A stretch of DNA of 42,600 bases from Vitrella brassicaformis CCMP3155 (Eukaryota; Protista; Chromerida), in contig CDMY01000614.1 in assembly GCA_001179505.1 (NCBI GenBank), positions 1 through 42,600 of the forward strand, given 5' to 3'. The notes under the pieces are model-generated. The model saw nothing but the letters and a program-made list of their open reading frames with translations, ran no database searches and was not told the DNA's origin. Both the position numbers and the translations under genes were made by a program. Below, in pieces: positions 20,936 through 32,664 of the stretch. Position 1 is the stretch's first letter; the number at the start of each line of letters is the position of its first letter.

Positions 20936-23900
20936 TCATGCGGGCAAATCATCGTCCTCCTCATCCCTCACCACAGGGATCGTCCTCTCACTCATCCGCC
21001 GAGTGGTCATCGTCTGTGCGGGAGACGGGAACCCACCACCAGTCCCACTGGTGGGCTGCCAATGTGTGTGGGGGTGGCTGGTGGAGGCGTCGAGCATCAC
21101 GGACGCGTCGATGCGCCTCGCCAGGCCGTCGCAGAGCTTCTCCACCGGCTTGAGGCCGTTCTCGTCTTCCTCTGACGCATCGGCACCGTAATCGATCAGG
21201 ATCTGCACACCAAGAGAGAGGGGGAGTCACAATTGACGGCAGGGACACATTCGTTTTGGTTTCACCTGCGCCACTCGCCCGTGGCCCAATGCACATGCGA
21301 CATGAAGGGGCCGGCTTGACTTCGGGTGGATGAACTCACAACGGGGATTGGCCAGTCGCTACAGGCAGGCAGACAGACAGACAGACAGGACGGGTGGTGC
21401 GTACGCATTTTCTGCGTCCGTGCAAGTGTGTGGCCACCTGCTCGAGAATGAACTTGGCAACCTCATATTTGTTCAGCCTGCCAGATGCACATGCAGCAGA
21501 GACGCACACACGTCGATCACCAGCTGGCGTCTGTCTCCTCTCCCTCTGCTTGGATGGGTGTGCTGACTTTGCCGCGACAACGAGGGCCCCGTGGGTGGCC
21601 CGGATGAGCCCTGTGTCCAGCCTCAGCTCCATACACGCATCGGCCGACTCAGCTATGATCTGACGAGACGTCTGTATATGGCCCGGCCGCCAACACACAC
21701 ACACACACACACAAACACACACAAACACACACACGCGCGTGTATGCATAAGTGCGGGGTGTGTGGGTATGTGTGTACTCACATCGTCGCCCATGTCTCCA
21801 AGCCGGGAGAAGAGAGGCGGGATGACATCGCCCCTCTCCGGCAAACAACGACCTGCGCGTGTGCAGAAACAAGGCAATTGGAAGCACGCGTCACCACCCG
21901 TCACCCACCTGTCGTGAGCAGGAACCTGACCACTTCACGACGGTTGTTCTGTGGCTGACGGGGAAATCTGCACACACAAAAACAACGAGAGACGTCCTTG
22001 TCTCTGCCAGCCACCCAACCATGCCAACCACGCATCCAATCATTGACATACATTCTCACGAAGCTCAGCCCATCCCGTGCGTTAGTCGGATCAACAGCAG
22101 CAAGACACAGCGCGAGAGTCAGCGGCGTCCATCCCTCGTGTGTCTCAAAGAAATAGGGGTCCCCCTTCCGCCCCGGCCACGGCACCCTGCTGCTGATGGG
22201 CCCCCAATCGTCTGCCGTGCCGAGATCCGTGGGCAGTGCCGCCTGTGTCGCGGGGCCAGACCCCAAGGTGACCCTCGGCCGCGCCATGCCTGCGATTGAG
22301 CCCGGGTCGATCCCGCGCTCCTCCAGACGGCGGATGCGGGTCCGCTCAAAGGCCTCAGACTTGGTGATGCCCTTAGTGACGGCCTCGACAATGGGGACAT
22401 CCCCCTGATGGATGGATGGAGGCATCAGAGGATGCCCATCCTAATGTTGTGGCCAGGGGTTCCGTTCATTGAATGACCCACCCGTGCGATAGCGATGTGC
22501 AGGGGAGTGATGCGGGAGTCCTCACTCGACCAACGGTCTGCAGGGGACGGAAGCAACTCTACACAGGTATACAGACAGGAGCCACCAACAGAGTCCTGTC
22601 TCTTTCCCACGTTGTATGCTGTGCGTGGGAGCTGTCCTGTCACCCACCTACCTTTGCCCGGGAAGTCCATCATCCGCACCCCACGAACAGGGTCTGCTCC
22701 ATATGTCAGCAAGATCTGAACCACCTCCACATTCTACAAACAGACAGCCAGGCTCGTATTTGTTGACGTGTCTCTCCCTCCCTCCGCTCCGCCCCCCTTT
22801 CCCCCCGCACCGCACCCCTCTGGCAGCAGCGAGTGTGAGCGGCGTGTTTTGGTAGTCCGGCCGCCGGTCCACTGCGTTGACGACCTGTCTGCCCCCCAGT
22901 CGGCATATCTCCTGCACCAGCCGGGGGCTGCCGCTCCACACGGCGAAGTGCAGGGGCGTCCATGCGTGCCGGCTCGTCCGTATCGTCGGGCTGATGCCCG
23001 CCCTCAGAAACAACACCGCCAGACGCACATGGCCCCTGGTGGACACACAACACAGGTGGTTGATGGGTCTTATACGTATTGCCTTGTCAGCCATGTTTGT
23101 CGCCCACCCCATGCAAGCGAGGTGGATTGGCGAGAGGCCGGTGTCCCAGTAGACGGCCTCTGTGCCCTCGCTGGCCACAATATCACCGTCGAGGTGAAGA
23201 GGCACCACCCCGCCCTTGGCCGCCTCATTCAGACGCCGAGACTGCACAAACACGTCACCTGCACGGCCATGCATTGGGAGCGACAGCAATCGACGTGTAT
23301 GGCTGTGGTGAGGTGTTTATGCATGACCACCTGTGACAGCAAGCATGTCTGCCCCCGCCTTGATGAGCATGCCGGCGGTCTTCATCTTGCCACGAAGGGC
23401 ACACACATGCTAAAAAAACAAAAGACAGAGAGAAAAGGCGACAGTGTGTCGACGCAAAGGCCCATGGCCATGCCAGTCAACGCACCCACCAGGCAGGTCC
23501 AGTCATGGAAGCCGGTCCTCCTGCTTTTCGCGTTGAGGTTTGTGTTGGCATATTTCATGAGGAACTCAATGAATTTCCGCCCGCCCTCGGCACAGACGGG
23601 GGAGATGACTTCACACCCAACATGCAGCAGAGGGAAGCCGTCCAGCGAGTTGATGACGTCCTGCCCGTCGACCACCAGCTGACGCAATATCAGCTCCTCT
23701 CCGCGCAGAGACGCGCTCTGACAGGACAAACAGACAAGATTCAATGTGTAGATGCAGGAAGAAAGGCTGCGTCCGTCTGCATTTGCTCACGTGCAGGGCT
23801 GTCCACTGATCCTGGGGGTAGTGCGCAAAGACCAACGCACCGGCGCCGAGCAGACATGTCACGCAATCCGCCTGGCCCAGAGCGCATGCCAACCTACACG

Positions 23901-24214
23901 CCAGACAAAAAGACAGACACGCGGACAGACAGACAGACAGACAGACAGACAGAGAGACAGACAGACATCGAGCAGAGACAATCCTTATCATTGTCTGTCG
24001 TCATGGGCCTCCCTCCATCCCTCCGTGCTGACCTCAGCGGTGTCCTTCTCGGCACCAGCTCATCAACACTATACACATTGACGTTGGCCCCTGCCTGGAT
24101 GGCACCGTTGATAGCCGCGATGTCGCCCTGCTGGATGGCCACGAACAGTCGCGACGAGGCGTCCAGACTGAGTGGATCTTCGTCCAGGCGGATGGAATGG
24201 GCCGCCAGACTCAT
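20936..24214 (-). CDS. Multi-exon ankyrin repeat protein
   Basis: Several ankyrin repeats after splicing: LFVAIQQGDIAAINGAIQAGANVN; RTPLRLACALGQADCVTCLLGAGA; WTCLHVCALRGKMKTAGMLIKAGAD; WTPLHFAVWSGSPRLVQEIC; NTPLTLAAARGNVEVVQILLTYGAD; RPLHVACALGHGRVAQILIDYGAD. ATG at 24214 follows an apparent 5' UTR intron. Confidence 0.87.
21693..21733. repeat. (CA)n/(TG)n intronic microsatellite
   Basis: acacacacacacacacacacaaacacacacaaacacacacac, inside intron 21672-21781 of the ankyrin gene. Confidence 0.95.
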
Positions 24215-24692
24215 CTGAGCGATAGGCAGAGATCTCCACACACATGAGGAGGGGAGACGGGATGACACTGAGGCGTCTAAGGCGCTTACCTGACACGACG
24301 CTTTTCGAGGTCCTCTCGGTGCAATAAGGGCAGGGTAGAGAGGCTCCTGCCCGGCTCCTTATCGCAGCCGGCGAGCTTGTGCATGCAGAGCCCCCCGTCT
24401 CAACAAGACCCCCTCAGTAACGTAAGAGTAGCTTCTTATATGGATGTCGAGCCGTACGATTCGGTATGTGCCCACGACCTCTGCTCCCGCCCAGCCTCGA
24501 CCGCCTCGCACCGCTCCCGCACTGCCTCTGCGGGCGCAGCACTTCCTCGCCGAGCTGAGGTAACGATCAAAAGAACGAGATGGCATGCATGGCCTATAGA
24601 TCCCCCCTCTGGGCGTCTGTGTGTGTATGTGTGTGTGCCTGTGCAGCGGTGAGGCGCAGATATGGATTGAGGGCGACCGGGCGTCGAACAGG
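24215..24692. promoter_or_regulatory. Probable bidirectional promoter (ankyrin / coiled-coil), containing TGCATGCA at 24380-24387
   Basis: Divergent ATGs about 480 bp apart. The palindromic TGCATGCA is read directly. Confidence 0.45.
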
Positions 24693-26307
24693 ATGGCTCC
24701 GAAAAGACAGCAGCAGCCGGGCACGGTGCGGAAGGATGAGCGGCCGAGCAGCGCCAGGCTCACTGGAAGGCCGCAGGAAACGCTCAAGGGTCCGAGGGTG
24801 GGAGGAGGGAATGGTGATACTGCCAAGGGTACTGTTGGCGACCGGCTGGTGCAGCACGTGCGCCGGGATTTCGAGGCATCGACTGACAGGCAAAGGGAGC
24901 TGGAGGCCAAGGTGAGTGAGGGAGGGAGGGAGTGGCCGGATGGGTATGCTGCATTGCGTGCGTGGGCATCAGCATCAGTTGCGTGTGTTGATTTCTTTCA
25001 CCCAGGTCGCGTATCTGCGTAATGAGATGACGCAGATGCAGCAAAAGCTGCTGGACGAGAAAAAGGAGAACGACAGGCTAGACTGGGACAGAAGGTCAAG
25101 CGACCCACAGCATCAACAAACAGGAGACCCCCTTTATTTTATATACGTTTCTCGTGTGACATTCCTGGTATGTGTGATGACTGCAGGAGTGAACGGCAGC
25201 GCGCCAGTGAGATCGAAGGCCGCATGCGGTCGCTCGTGGAAGAGTAGGGGGAAGGACATGCAGCGATCCCAAATGGATGCGCCCATTGGATGTCTTGCAC
25301 AGGCGCGATGTGGCCTCTCGCGAGCGTCGGCGGCTGCAGGAGGAGCTCGATAAGAAGGACCAAGACCTGAGAAAGATGCAGCAGGTCAGCAGGACTGTCC
25401 ATCATGCCCCATCAGCTGCCGGTCTGATCTTGCCTCTCAGGCCCTGGAGGCCTCGAAAGAGGCTGACAGCATCGCAGCGGAGCAGCAGCAGCAGGCCGTC
25501 ATAGACCTTCACGTGCGTGAGAAGGAAGAAAAAACTTGACGACCGTCCATGGTTCATTCATTTGTGTGTCCATTGGCATTGGTCAGAAGAGCCAGGAGTC
25601 CCTCCGCAGCTCTCAGGCGCAGGTGGTGCGGCTGGAGGAGGCGCTGGCCAGCGAAGAGCGGCTCAAACAAAAGGCTATCGAGGAGCTATCACGGACTAAA
25701 GAGGAGCTCAGGAACGCACTCAAAAAGTACAAAACGACACAATGACGTGCAGCGCACTGACCGATTATCGGTTTCCTTCGTGTGACACGTGTATGTGGGT
25801 GAACAGGGTCACCAGTCTGACTGGTCAGCTGGTGGACGCGGAGCGGAGCATCCGGAAATACGACGAGGAGCTCAAGTCCAAGAACGCCAGACTGGGTAGG
25901 AGAAGGGGTATGCGCCACACCACACCAGACCACACACACACGACCATAGCAAACAACACGCCAGCCCGCACGAGGCTCACGTTGTTCACCTCCCTCCCTC
26001 CCTGACAGATGCGTTGCGTTCTGCGACGGCCAAGAAGCAGCGAGAGGAGGAGGTGCTCCAGACCAAGAAAGGAGAAATCATGCAGGTAAGTGCGCCATAC
26101 TCTCTGGTGGACGGCGTCACATCGGTCGGTGACATGACATGAATGATGTCTGTGTGGTGCTGTCTGTGTTGGCCTCCCTCCCTCCCTCCCTCCCCCCCAA
26201 GCAGCTTGAGCGTGCACTCACTGCTGCTGAGGTGGAGCTGCGCCGCCAGAACGATATGTACGTGACCGAGAACAGGGAGAAGCTGCAGGCAAGCGCAGAC
26301 ACACACG

Positions 26308-26338
<31 letters not shown>

Positions 26339-28235
26339 GAACGTTCTGTCGGTCAGGCCCGTGAGGAGCTCTCCACGACCAAAGCGGCGCTCGAACACAT
26401 GCAGTGCGTGAGAAACGCCCACACACATACGGCCGCACATCAGCACGCACACCATCTGAAGTGCAATGCACCGTCCTCCTGTTCGTTCAGAGCTCAGCTG
26501 GATGCCGCACACGCCGAAATACACCAGCTGAAAGAGGTGAAGAGCCCCACGCCCCATCCCCAGCCAGCCGACACGCACACCGCTCTGCTGTTGCTGCATC
26601 GGTCGGTCAGAGCCGTGACCTCCTTCGCCGTGAGGTGGATGCGTACGCGTCACGACCGGCGCTCCGCCACCGCTCCCCCAACCTGTCGCCCACACGAGGA
26701 GACGACGCCGGCGTGGCTGGCGCTGGTGGTGGTGTGGATGGTGAGATGCTGGAGAGCCTCAAGAAGGAGAACGCTGAGCTGCAGAGGAAATATCAGGTGC
26801 GGCAGAAGCTGGTGTCCCACCTTGTGGCTTCGATGATTGATGTTTTCCGTGTGTGTGCGTGTGTGTGTGTTGCAGGAGCTCCTGACGACCAAGACCAATG
26901 TGGATCGCAAGGCGTCGACCAACAGCCGGGCCCTCATGACGCTCAAGGCCACCAACCAACAGCTGCAGAAAGAGCTCGATGAAGCCCAAAAGAAGTGAGT
27001 GAGGGGACGATGCCCACACACATGCGTCAACTGGCTGATGCACCGACATGTATGTTTCAGAGCACTGGATGAGAAGAGGCTGCGCGAGCGGTGCCACTCG
27101 CAGACCATCGCCACACTCGAGAAGAATCGCCTTCTGCGCGCCAAGACGGAGAATCTCCAGCAGCAGCTCCAGGACAACGAGAGGCAAATCCGCAAAAGCC
27201 AGACGCAAGACTTCTACCGACACGTGTCGCGGCCCCTCTTCTCTTCCACGCGCAAGCCCCTGTCTCAGTCTGCGAGGCCTCCCTTGCCCCCAGCACGACA
27301 GAAAACATCAGCAGCGGGCAGCCCCGCCTTCTCTTCCCTGTCGGCATATCGCTTCCAGCTGGCCGGCGATGGCGTCACATCCCTCACCCCTTCACACGAG
27401 AGGGACCGCACCCCTGCAAGCCACCCGGCACTTGCAGCTGGTGAAGACGGCCCCCTGCCTCCCCCATTGAGACGACACACATATGACGAGGCGCATCACG
27501 TCAGCAGAGACGATGAGCACGTGTGGGTAGATGACACTGAGCCGGTGGCGCGGCCACCGCCAGTGCCAGTGCCAGTGCCGGAGAGCCAGACGCTGCTGGA
27601 GGCGGCGTCCAACTCGCCCTCGTCTATGCGGTCGCCTGTGTATCCCCCGCTCGATGGCAAGAGGCCCTTCTCCACTGGAGATGAAGATGGTGCAAAGGGC
27701 GAGAGAGCTGACAAGGACGGTGGGACGATCGGTGGTGTTGGTGTGCCGGGTCAGAGCCTAGCATTCTTGCGAGACTATGTGGAGAGGGAGGAGAAGAAAA
27801 AGGACCACATACGCGTCGCCAGGTACTTAGGGAGGCTCCACAACCAAACAAGCACGATTGATCCCCCTCCCTCCCAATCATTCATTCACTGAATGCGTGT
27901 ATGTTTCCTTCAGGGCGCCGGACCTTCCACCGTCCGCTAGCCGCCCCACGGACTCCCAGTCCCCTACCATCGTGGCCCAGAAGCACCACCGGCTCACCCC
28001 TCCCCCGTCCCCACACCTGGACCCTATCAGCGGCGACCTCTCTGAGCGGAGACCGCCCCTGCGCATCGGCATCGACCTCCCGCCACCGCCGCCAGAAATG
28101 GACAGCAAGGCGGCGGAGAGGTCAAGGCCGGTGCGTGCCGTTTCTGCTGCTGCTGCCGGTGCGTATGGGTGGGAGGGGGAGTCGGATCAGCTGCAGCAGC
28201 TGCTCAACTCGGAGCCTGCAAAGCTGAGAATCTGA
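24693..28235 (+). CDS. Long coiled-coil protein with P/S-rich disordered C-terminus (about 13-14 exons)
   Basis: ATG at 24693 (MAPKRQQQ). Successive GT-AG exons encode continuous heptads (YLRNEMTQMQQKLLDEKKEND; RRLQEELDKKDQDLRKMQQ; VVRLEEALASEERLKQKAIEELSRTKEEL; LLRAKTENLQQQLQDNERQIRK). Stop at 28235. Confidence 0.85.
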
Positions 28236-28491
28236 TGGGTGGCAACAGATCGATGGGATGGGTGGTGGACCAGGTGGAGCGGTGAATCGCTTTCTTGTGT
28301 GCTGTTTGTGGTGCATAGCTCTGCGGACCGTGCATGCACCTCTGCTGGCTTGACTTTCGATGTTCGGAAATCGACCAAAGCTCGCAGCTGCGATTGCGAA
28401 AAGAAACCATCGCGAGGCAGAACCGAAGCCTCCGGACAGATCAGCGGTGCAGCAACAAGCCCAAGGTCTGATCTCATCAACTCTCGCCATC

Positions 28492-30350
28492 ATGCTGTTG
28501 CTCCTGCTTTCCTGGCAGAGCCTGCTGTCCACTGGTGGAGCGCTCGTCAGACATGTCCAGAGTGGCTTCGTCCCCCTACAGCCGCCTCGGCGTCGTTTGC
28601 GTCCATCCCGACTCATCCCAGCTGCCGAGAAGGGACAGGGCGGTGCGTCTGTGTCGACGACAGTGAGCCGCGAGAGGGCCGCCAGAGTGGTCGACGCCGC
28701 CCTTTGCTACCTCAAGCTGCATGAAACACCCAAAAGCTTCGTTTCGGGGTTGAGCGACCTCGTTCCATCCCTCATTTCTCGCGGCAATACCACCACTCAA
28801 TGGTCTGTTCAGCCGGACTTTCAGCTGTCGGGAGCGCCATTCTCGCCACCCGACCTTCAAGCCGTCTATGAGATGCACGCCAGCCAGTCCCCCTTTGGCC
28901 TGAAAGACCAGACAATTGTCGATCCAGATGTGCGCAACAGCCGGGAATTGTCAGCCGACCAAGTGCGCCTGAGCAGTCGGGACGGCCGGTGGGAGAATGT
29001 GATTGAGGGAATCTGCCGTACGGTGGAGGAGGAGATGACGCCGGGCTATCGAGTGACAGCGGATTTCTACAAAACCCTTATCTATGCGGAGGGCGACCAC
29101 TTCCGCGTCCACAAGGACACGCAGCGCACCGCAGAGATGTTTGGCTCACTGTTGCTCTTCCTCCCATCTGACTACAAAGGCGGAGACTTCCTGCTCTACG
29201 ATGGGGACCAATTCCATGGCGAACGCTTCAACAACGAGACGCGAGCAGCTCTCGAGAGCGGGCAGTGTCGGTGGCTGGCCTTCTTGGCTGACATCCCTCA
29301 TCGCGTGATGCCCGTTGAGTCGGGCCATCGACTCGTGCTGGCTTACAACCTGCGGCGGGAGAAATTGGCAGAGCCCCAGAGAGGAAGGCCTGCCCCGCTG
29401 GCCGCACCGCTGCAAGATCTGGTCGATATGCTCACCGACTACTTCACGTCGACCGGCGAGGAGACACAAGGGGACAGAGAGGTAAGCGGCCATGCAGTGA
29501 GTGCACATGAGAAGAGCATGTGAGTGATGGCTGCTGTCCCTCTGTGCTTTGGGCCGTGTTGTGTTTGCAGAAGGAGAGTGCCAGGCGGTTCGTCTTTTTG
29601 CTCGATCACGACTACACGCCTTCGTCAATCGGGCCTGACTACCTCAAAGGTGCCGACAGCGCCTTGTATCAGGTGCTGGCACAGCACTTCAACGTCAGCT
29701 TTGAGATGCTCAATGAGTTCGTCTCATTCGACGACCCCGCTCAATACTCGCTGATCGACAATGAGACTGACGCGGCGGTTCTGCGGGCAGGCACGGCCAA
29801 CATCACAGACGAAGAGAAGGCCCAGGTATTTGGACCTTACTGGGAGACCGAGTTCTTCGATGAAAATGAGTTCTGCGAGTTCTTCGATCACTTGACATGG
29901 TACGAATACCGGGACAGTCCAGAGTCGAAGCACTGTGATTATGAATACTTGAAAGACGAGTATTTGAAAATGTCCGAAGAAGAGAAGCAAAAATGGAGAC
30001 AAAGGGCCATCGCCAGACGGAAGGAAAAGGCCATCGCCGATTGGCGTTCTTCTCTCGCTGACGGGCAAGCGTCTCGGGTAGGTGTGCTCACTCACGCACT
30101 CTCACGTCACTACAACCTGTTGTCTCTCTGTTGTGTGTGTCAGTGGGGCGACGATGATTGGGTCAACCTGATGGACCGCATTCGAGAGAAGGCATCGAGC
30201 AACGACGTCGACTTTGTCTTCCCGGTGCGGAAGCCCGGACAGTCCGCCTTCGCGAAGAAGCCACATGTCATGTGGGGAGGAAACCAGGAAGCCAACTGGG
30301 AGTATCAGTACATTTCCGTGTGTCTCCTTGTGAGCGGGCTGAGAGAGTGA
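28492..30350 (+). CDS. 2-oxoglutarate/Fe(II)-dependent dioxygenase (prolyl-4-hydroxylase-like fold) with signal peptide and transit-like leader; 3 exons
   Basis: SPFGLKDQTIVDPDVRNSREL; FYKTLIYAEGDHFRVHKDTQRTAEMFGSLLLFLPSDYKGGDF (HxD); WLAFLADIPHRVMPVESGHRLVLAYNL (distal H and R); C-terminal FLLDHDYT...LKGAD. Introns are ~29481-29570 and ~30079-30143. An alternative upstream ATG lies at 28360. Confidence 0.87.
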
Positions 30351-31083
30351 AGTGAGGGGCCTTCCTGGGCGTTTCAACAAGCCAGCTGTTGCCTTTATGG
30401 CGTTTCGTATAGGCTATCTGCCATGTTGCACAGCAGAGAGAAGCGGACATCAGCCGCTGGAGAGTCAGTGGTTTGACCGTTTATGTGTGACGTTTCATGT
30501 GATGTGACACACGTGCACAAGTGTGCCCGATACCATCAGTTCGTGACACTTGACCAAACCAGTGTTCTCACGTCCGTCCGTCGCTTACATACATAGCCAC
30601 ATGTGATTCCTCCCAGGTCGGTGTACCGTCCCGTGCTCCCGCCGGCAGATATGGTATAGTCTGTCGTCTATTCACCAACCGATACATACACTGGATGGTG
30701 CATACGTGCGTCGCTGTCTGTGCCCAGCCAGCCCCACACACATCGATCATACACACCCAGCTAGTGCAGTCATTCAGCCGTGTCCCTCGCCCTACTCGCT
30801 CACTCACTCGCTCACCCATTCCATCCATCCATCCACCCCAGCCCCCCCACACGACGATCAATCAACGAATTAAGCAAGTGCTTATGTATGTATGCTTTGC
30901 AATCGACACACTTACGTACACACCACACCACTAGCACTCAAAACCGACGTGGCACGGAAAAAGAGGAGGAAAAAGAGGTAGGTAGGGGGGGAGGGAGGGA
31001 GGGAGGGACCATGCTGCGCTGCGCCGTGCTGTGCTGTGCTGTGCCCGGTTTGCTATCTATCTGACTAAGCTCACACTAGCAGC

Positions 31084-31465
31084 TCAGCCCCAGGAGATCT
31101 TGGTGATGATGCGGTCGCTATCCACGTGCACGTTCAGCCTGCAGGAAGGAACAACCAACGACCAACAAGCAGATTCTCACACTCAGCCGCCCAGCTCATT
31201 TACCCACCCTCCCACCTGTCGGGTCGGTAGTCCATGGTCACGGCGCACGGCTCCGGGCCCAGCACACGGTTGGGCGTCGGCAGCTCGTTGTCATAGACTA
31301 CGTTGCTCTCGGTGTTGTCCATGGGACGCTCACCAGACTGAGGACATAGACAACACACACACGTGCCCTGGCTGCCTGTCCTTCGCGTGTGCGTGCCGTT
31401 GTGCTGCCCACCTTGAGCATCTTGCCAATGAGCTGCTGCTCGAGCTTCTCGTCGTGCATGTGCAT
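31084..31465 (-). CDS. Small serine-protease inhibitor, I78 / potato inhibitor I-like, 76 aa (3 exons)
   Basis: Exons 31465-31412, 31337-31216 and 31138-31084 with GT-AG junctions give MHMHDEKLEQQLIGKMLKSGERPMDNTESNVVYDNELPTPNRVLGPEPCAVTMDYRPDRLNVHVDSDRIITKISWG*. The LIGK...LP..NRVLGP...VTMDYRPDRLNVHVD..I..I..G pattern matches I78. Confidence 0.85.
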
Positions 31466-31991
31466 CGTGCCGACGTCGATAGCTATCTATCTGTCTTATC
31501 TTCCGACCGGCAGCGCAGCCAAATACAAAGGGCTCTTGTACCTTGTCTTGTACTAACACTCGACGAACGCCAAAGCAGTACTGCTTTCCCGAAGATGGAT
31601 GTTGTGGTGGAAGCTCGTCAGAGGAGTAGAAGCATCAACTTCCACATCCACTTCTCACTCCAGCCCGCGGCCCATCTACCTGTAGCTCGCACTTGATGGA
31701 GAGTATTGGAGTGTTGTATTGAGGGGTACTGATGGCGTGTGGCCATCCCCCTGTTACCGTTGTTCCTCATTTGAGCCTCGGCTGACTTCGGACGAGCGTC
31801 TCTGGGCCATCCAGCGCTGAGAGAGGGCCGGAGAACAGCTGAGAGGACACTCGTACCTGCTGGGGCATCTGGGCCTTCCTCTCTGCCACCCCTCTACGAT
31901 TGCTTTGGTCTGCCTGAGTGAGGCTGGTTGCCGTTCTGCACCATCCATCCGCCATCCATTCCATCGACGACGGCGTGCACGCAGATGAGTC
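31466..31991. promoter_or_regulatory. Probable bidirectional promoter (I78 inhibitor / MATH-RING gene)
   Basis: Divergent ATGs about 525 bp apart. The inhibitor appears to have a 5' UTR intron (~31483-31541). Confidence 0.45.
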
Positions 31992-32632
31992 ATGAACTTC
32001 CTGAAGCCCATATTCCAGATCTTCCAAGAGTATGCGGAGCTGCCGCCCCTGCTCGACAATGAGATTCAGTTTGTGGTCAAGAAGTGGCGGGACACACGGC
32101 CGTGCCAGCCGCTGAGGGGCCCCTCCAAGCGGATCAAGTCCTTCTTTAACTGCAGGCTACTCGTCTTCCCGCAAGGTACGTAGATGAGAGAGAGAAGGAG
32201 GCAGGCCAGCCAGGCGCTGAACGGCTTTGGGATCATCTGCTGCCTTCGTGTGTTATATGTCATATGTGTGTGGATTGATGGTTTCGTTGGTTGCAGGGAG
32301 TCAGTCGTCGATTGACAACGTTGGTGTGTTCCTCGAGGTGGTGCCTGAGAACTATCCCCAGCACTGGTGCTTCCCATCCGTCAAATGCGAAATCACGGTC
32401 GGTCCCTCAGGCACAAACAGCAGCTGTCCGGCCTAGTGTCGCTCACTTTTCTGTCTTTGCTGTATTGTATGTTTGCCCTCTCTGCAGGTAGTGAACTTTC
32501 ACCAGTACGAGGAGTCCCTCCGCAAGTCTGCCACCCTGTCGTTCAGCTCCCAAGTCCTCACCGCCGGTATGCACACGCATACACGCCAACACACATACAT
32601 CTCCCCCCCCCGATGGAGGACCACCTCCCATC

Positions 32633-32664
<32 letters not shown>

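Noticed and set aside
12935-28235. Idea of a flagellar gene cluster (EFHC1, DUSP, ankyrin, coiled-coil proteins)
   Set aside because: Only EFHC1 is identifiably ciliary; the others are generic classes and adjacency alone is not evidence.
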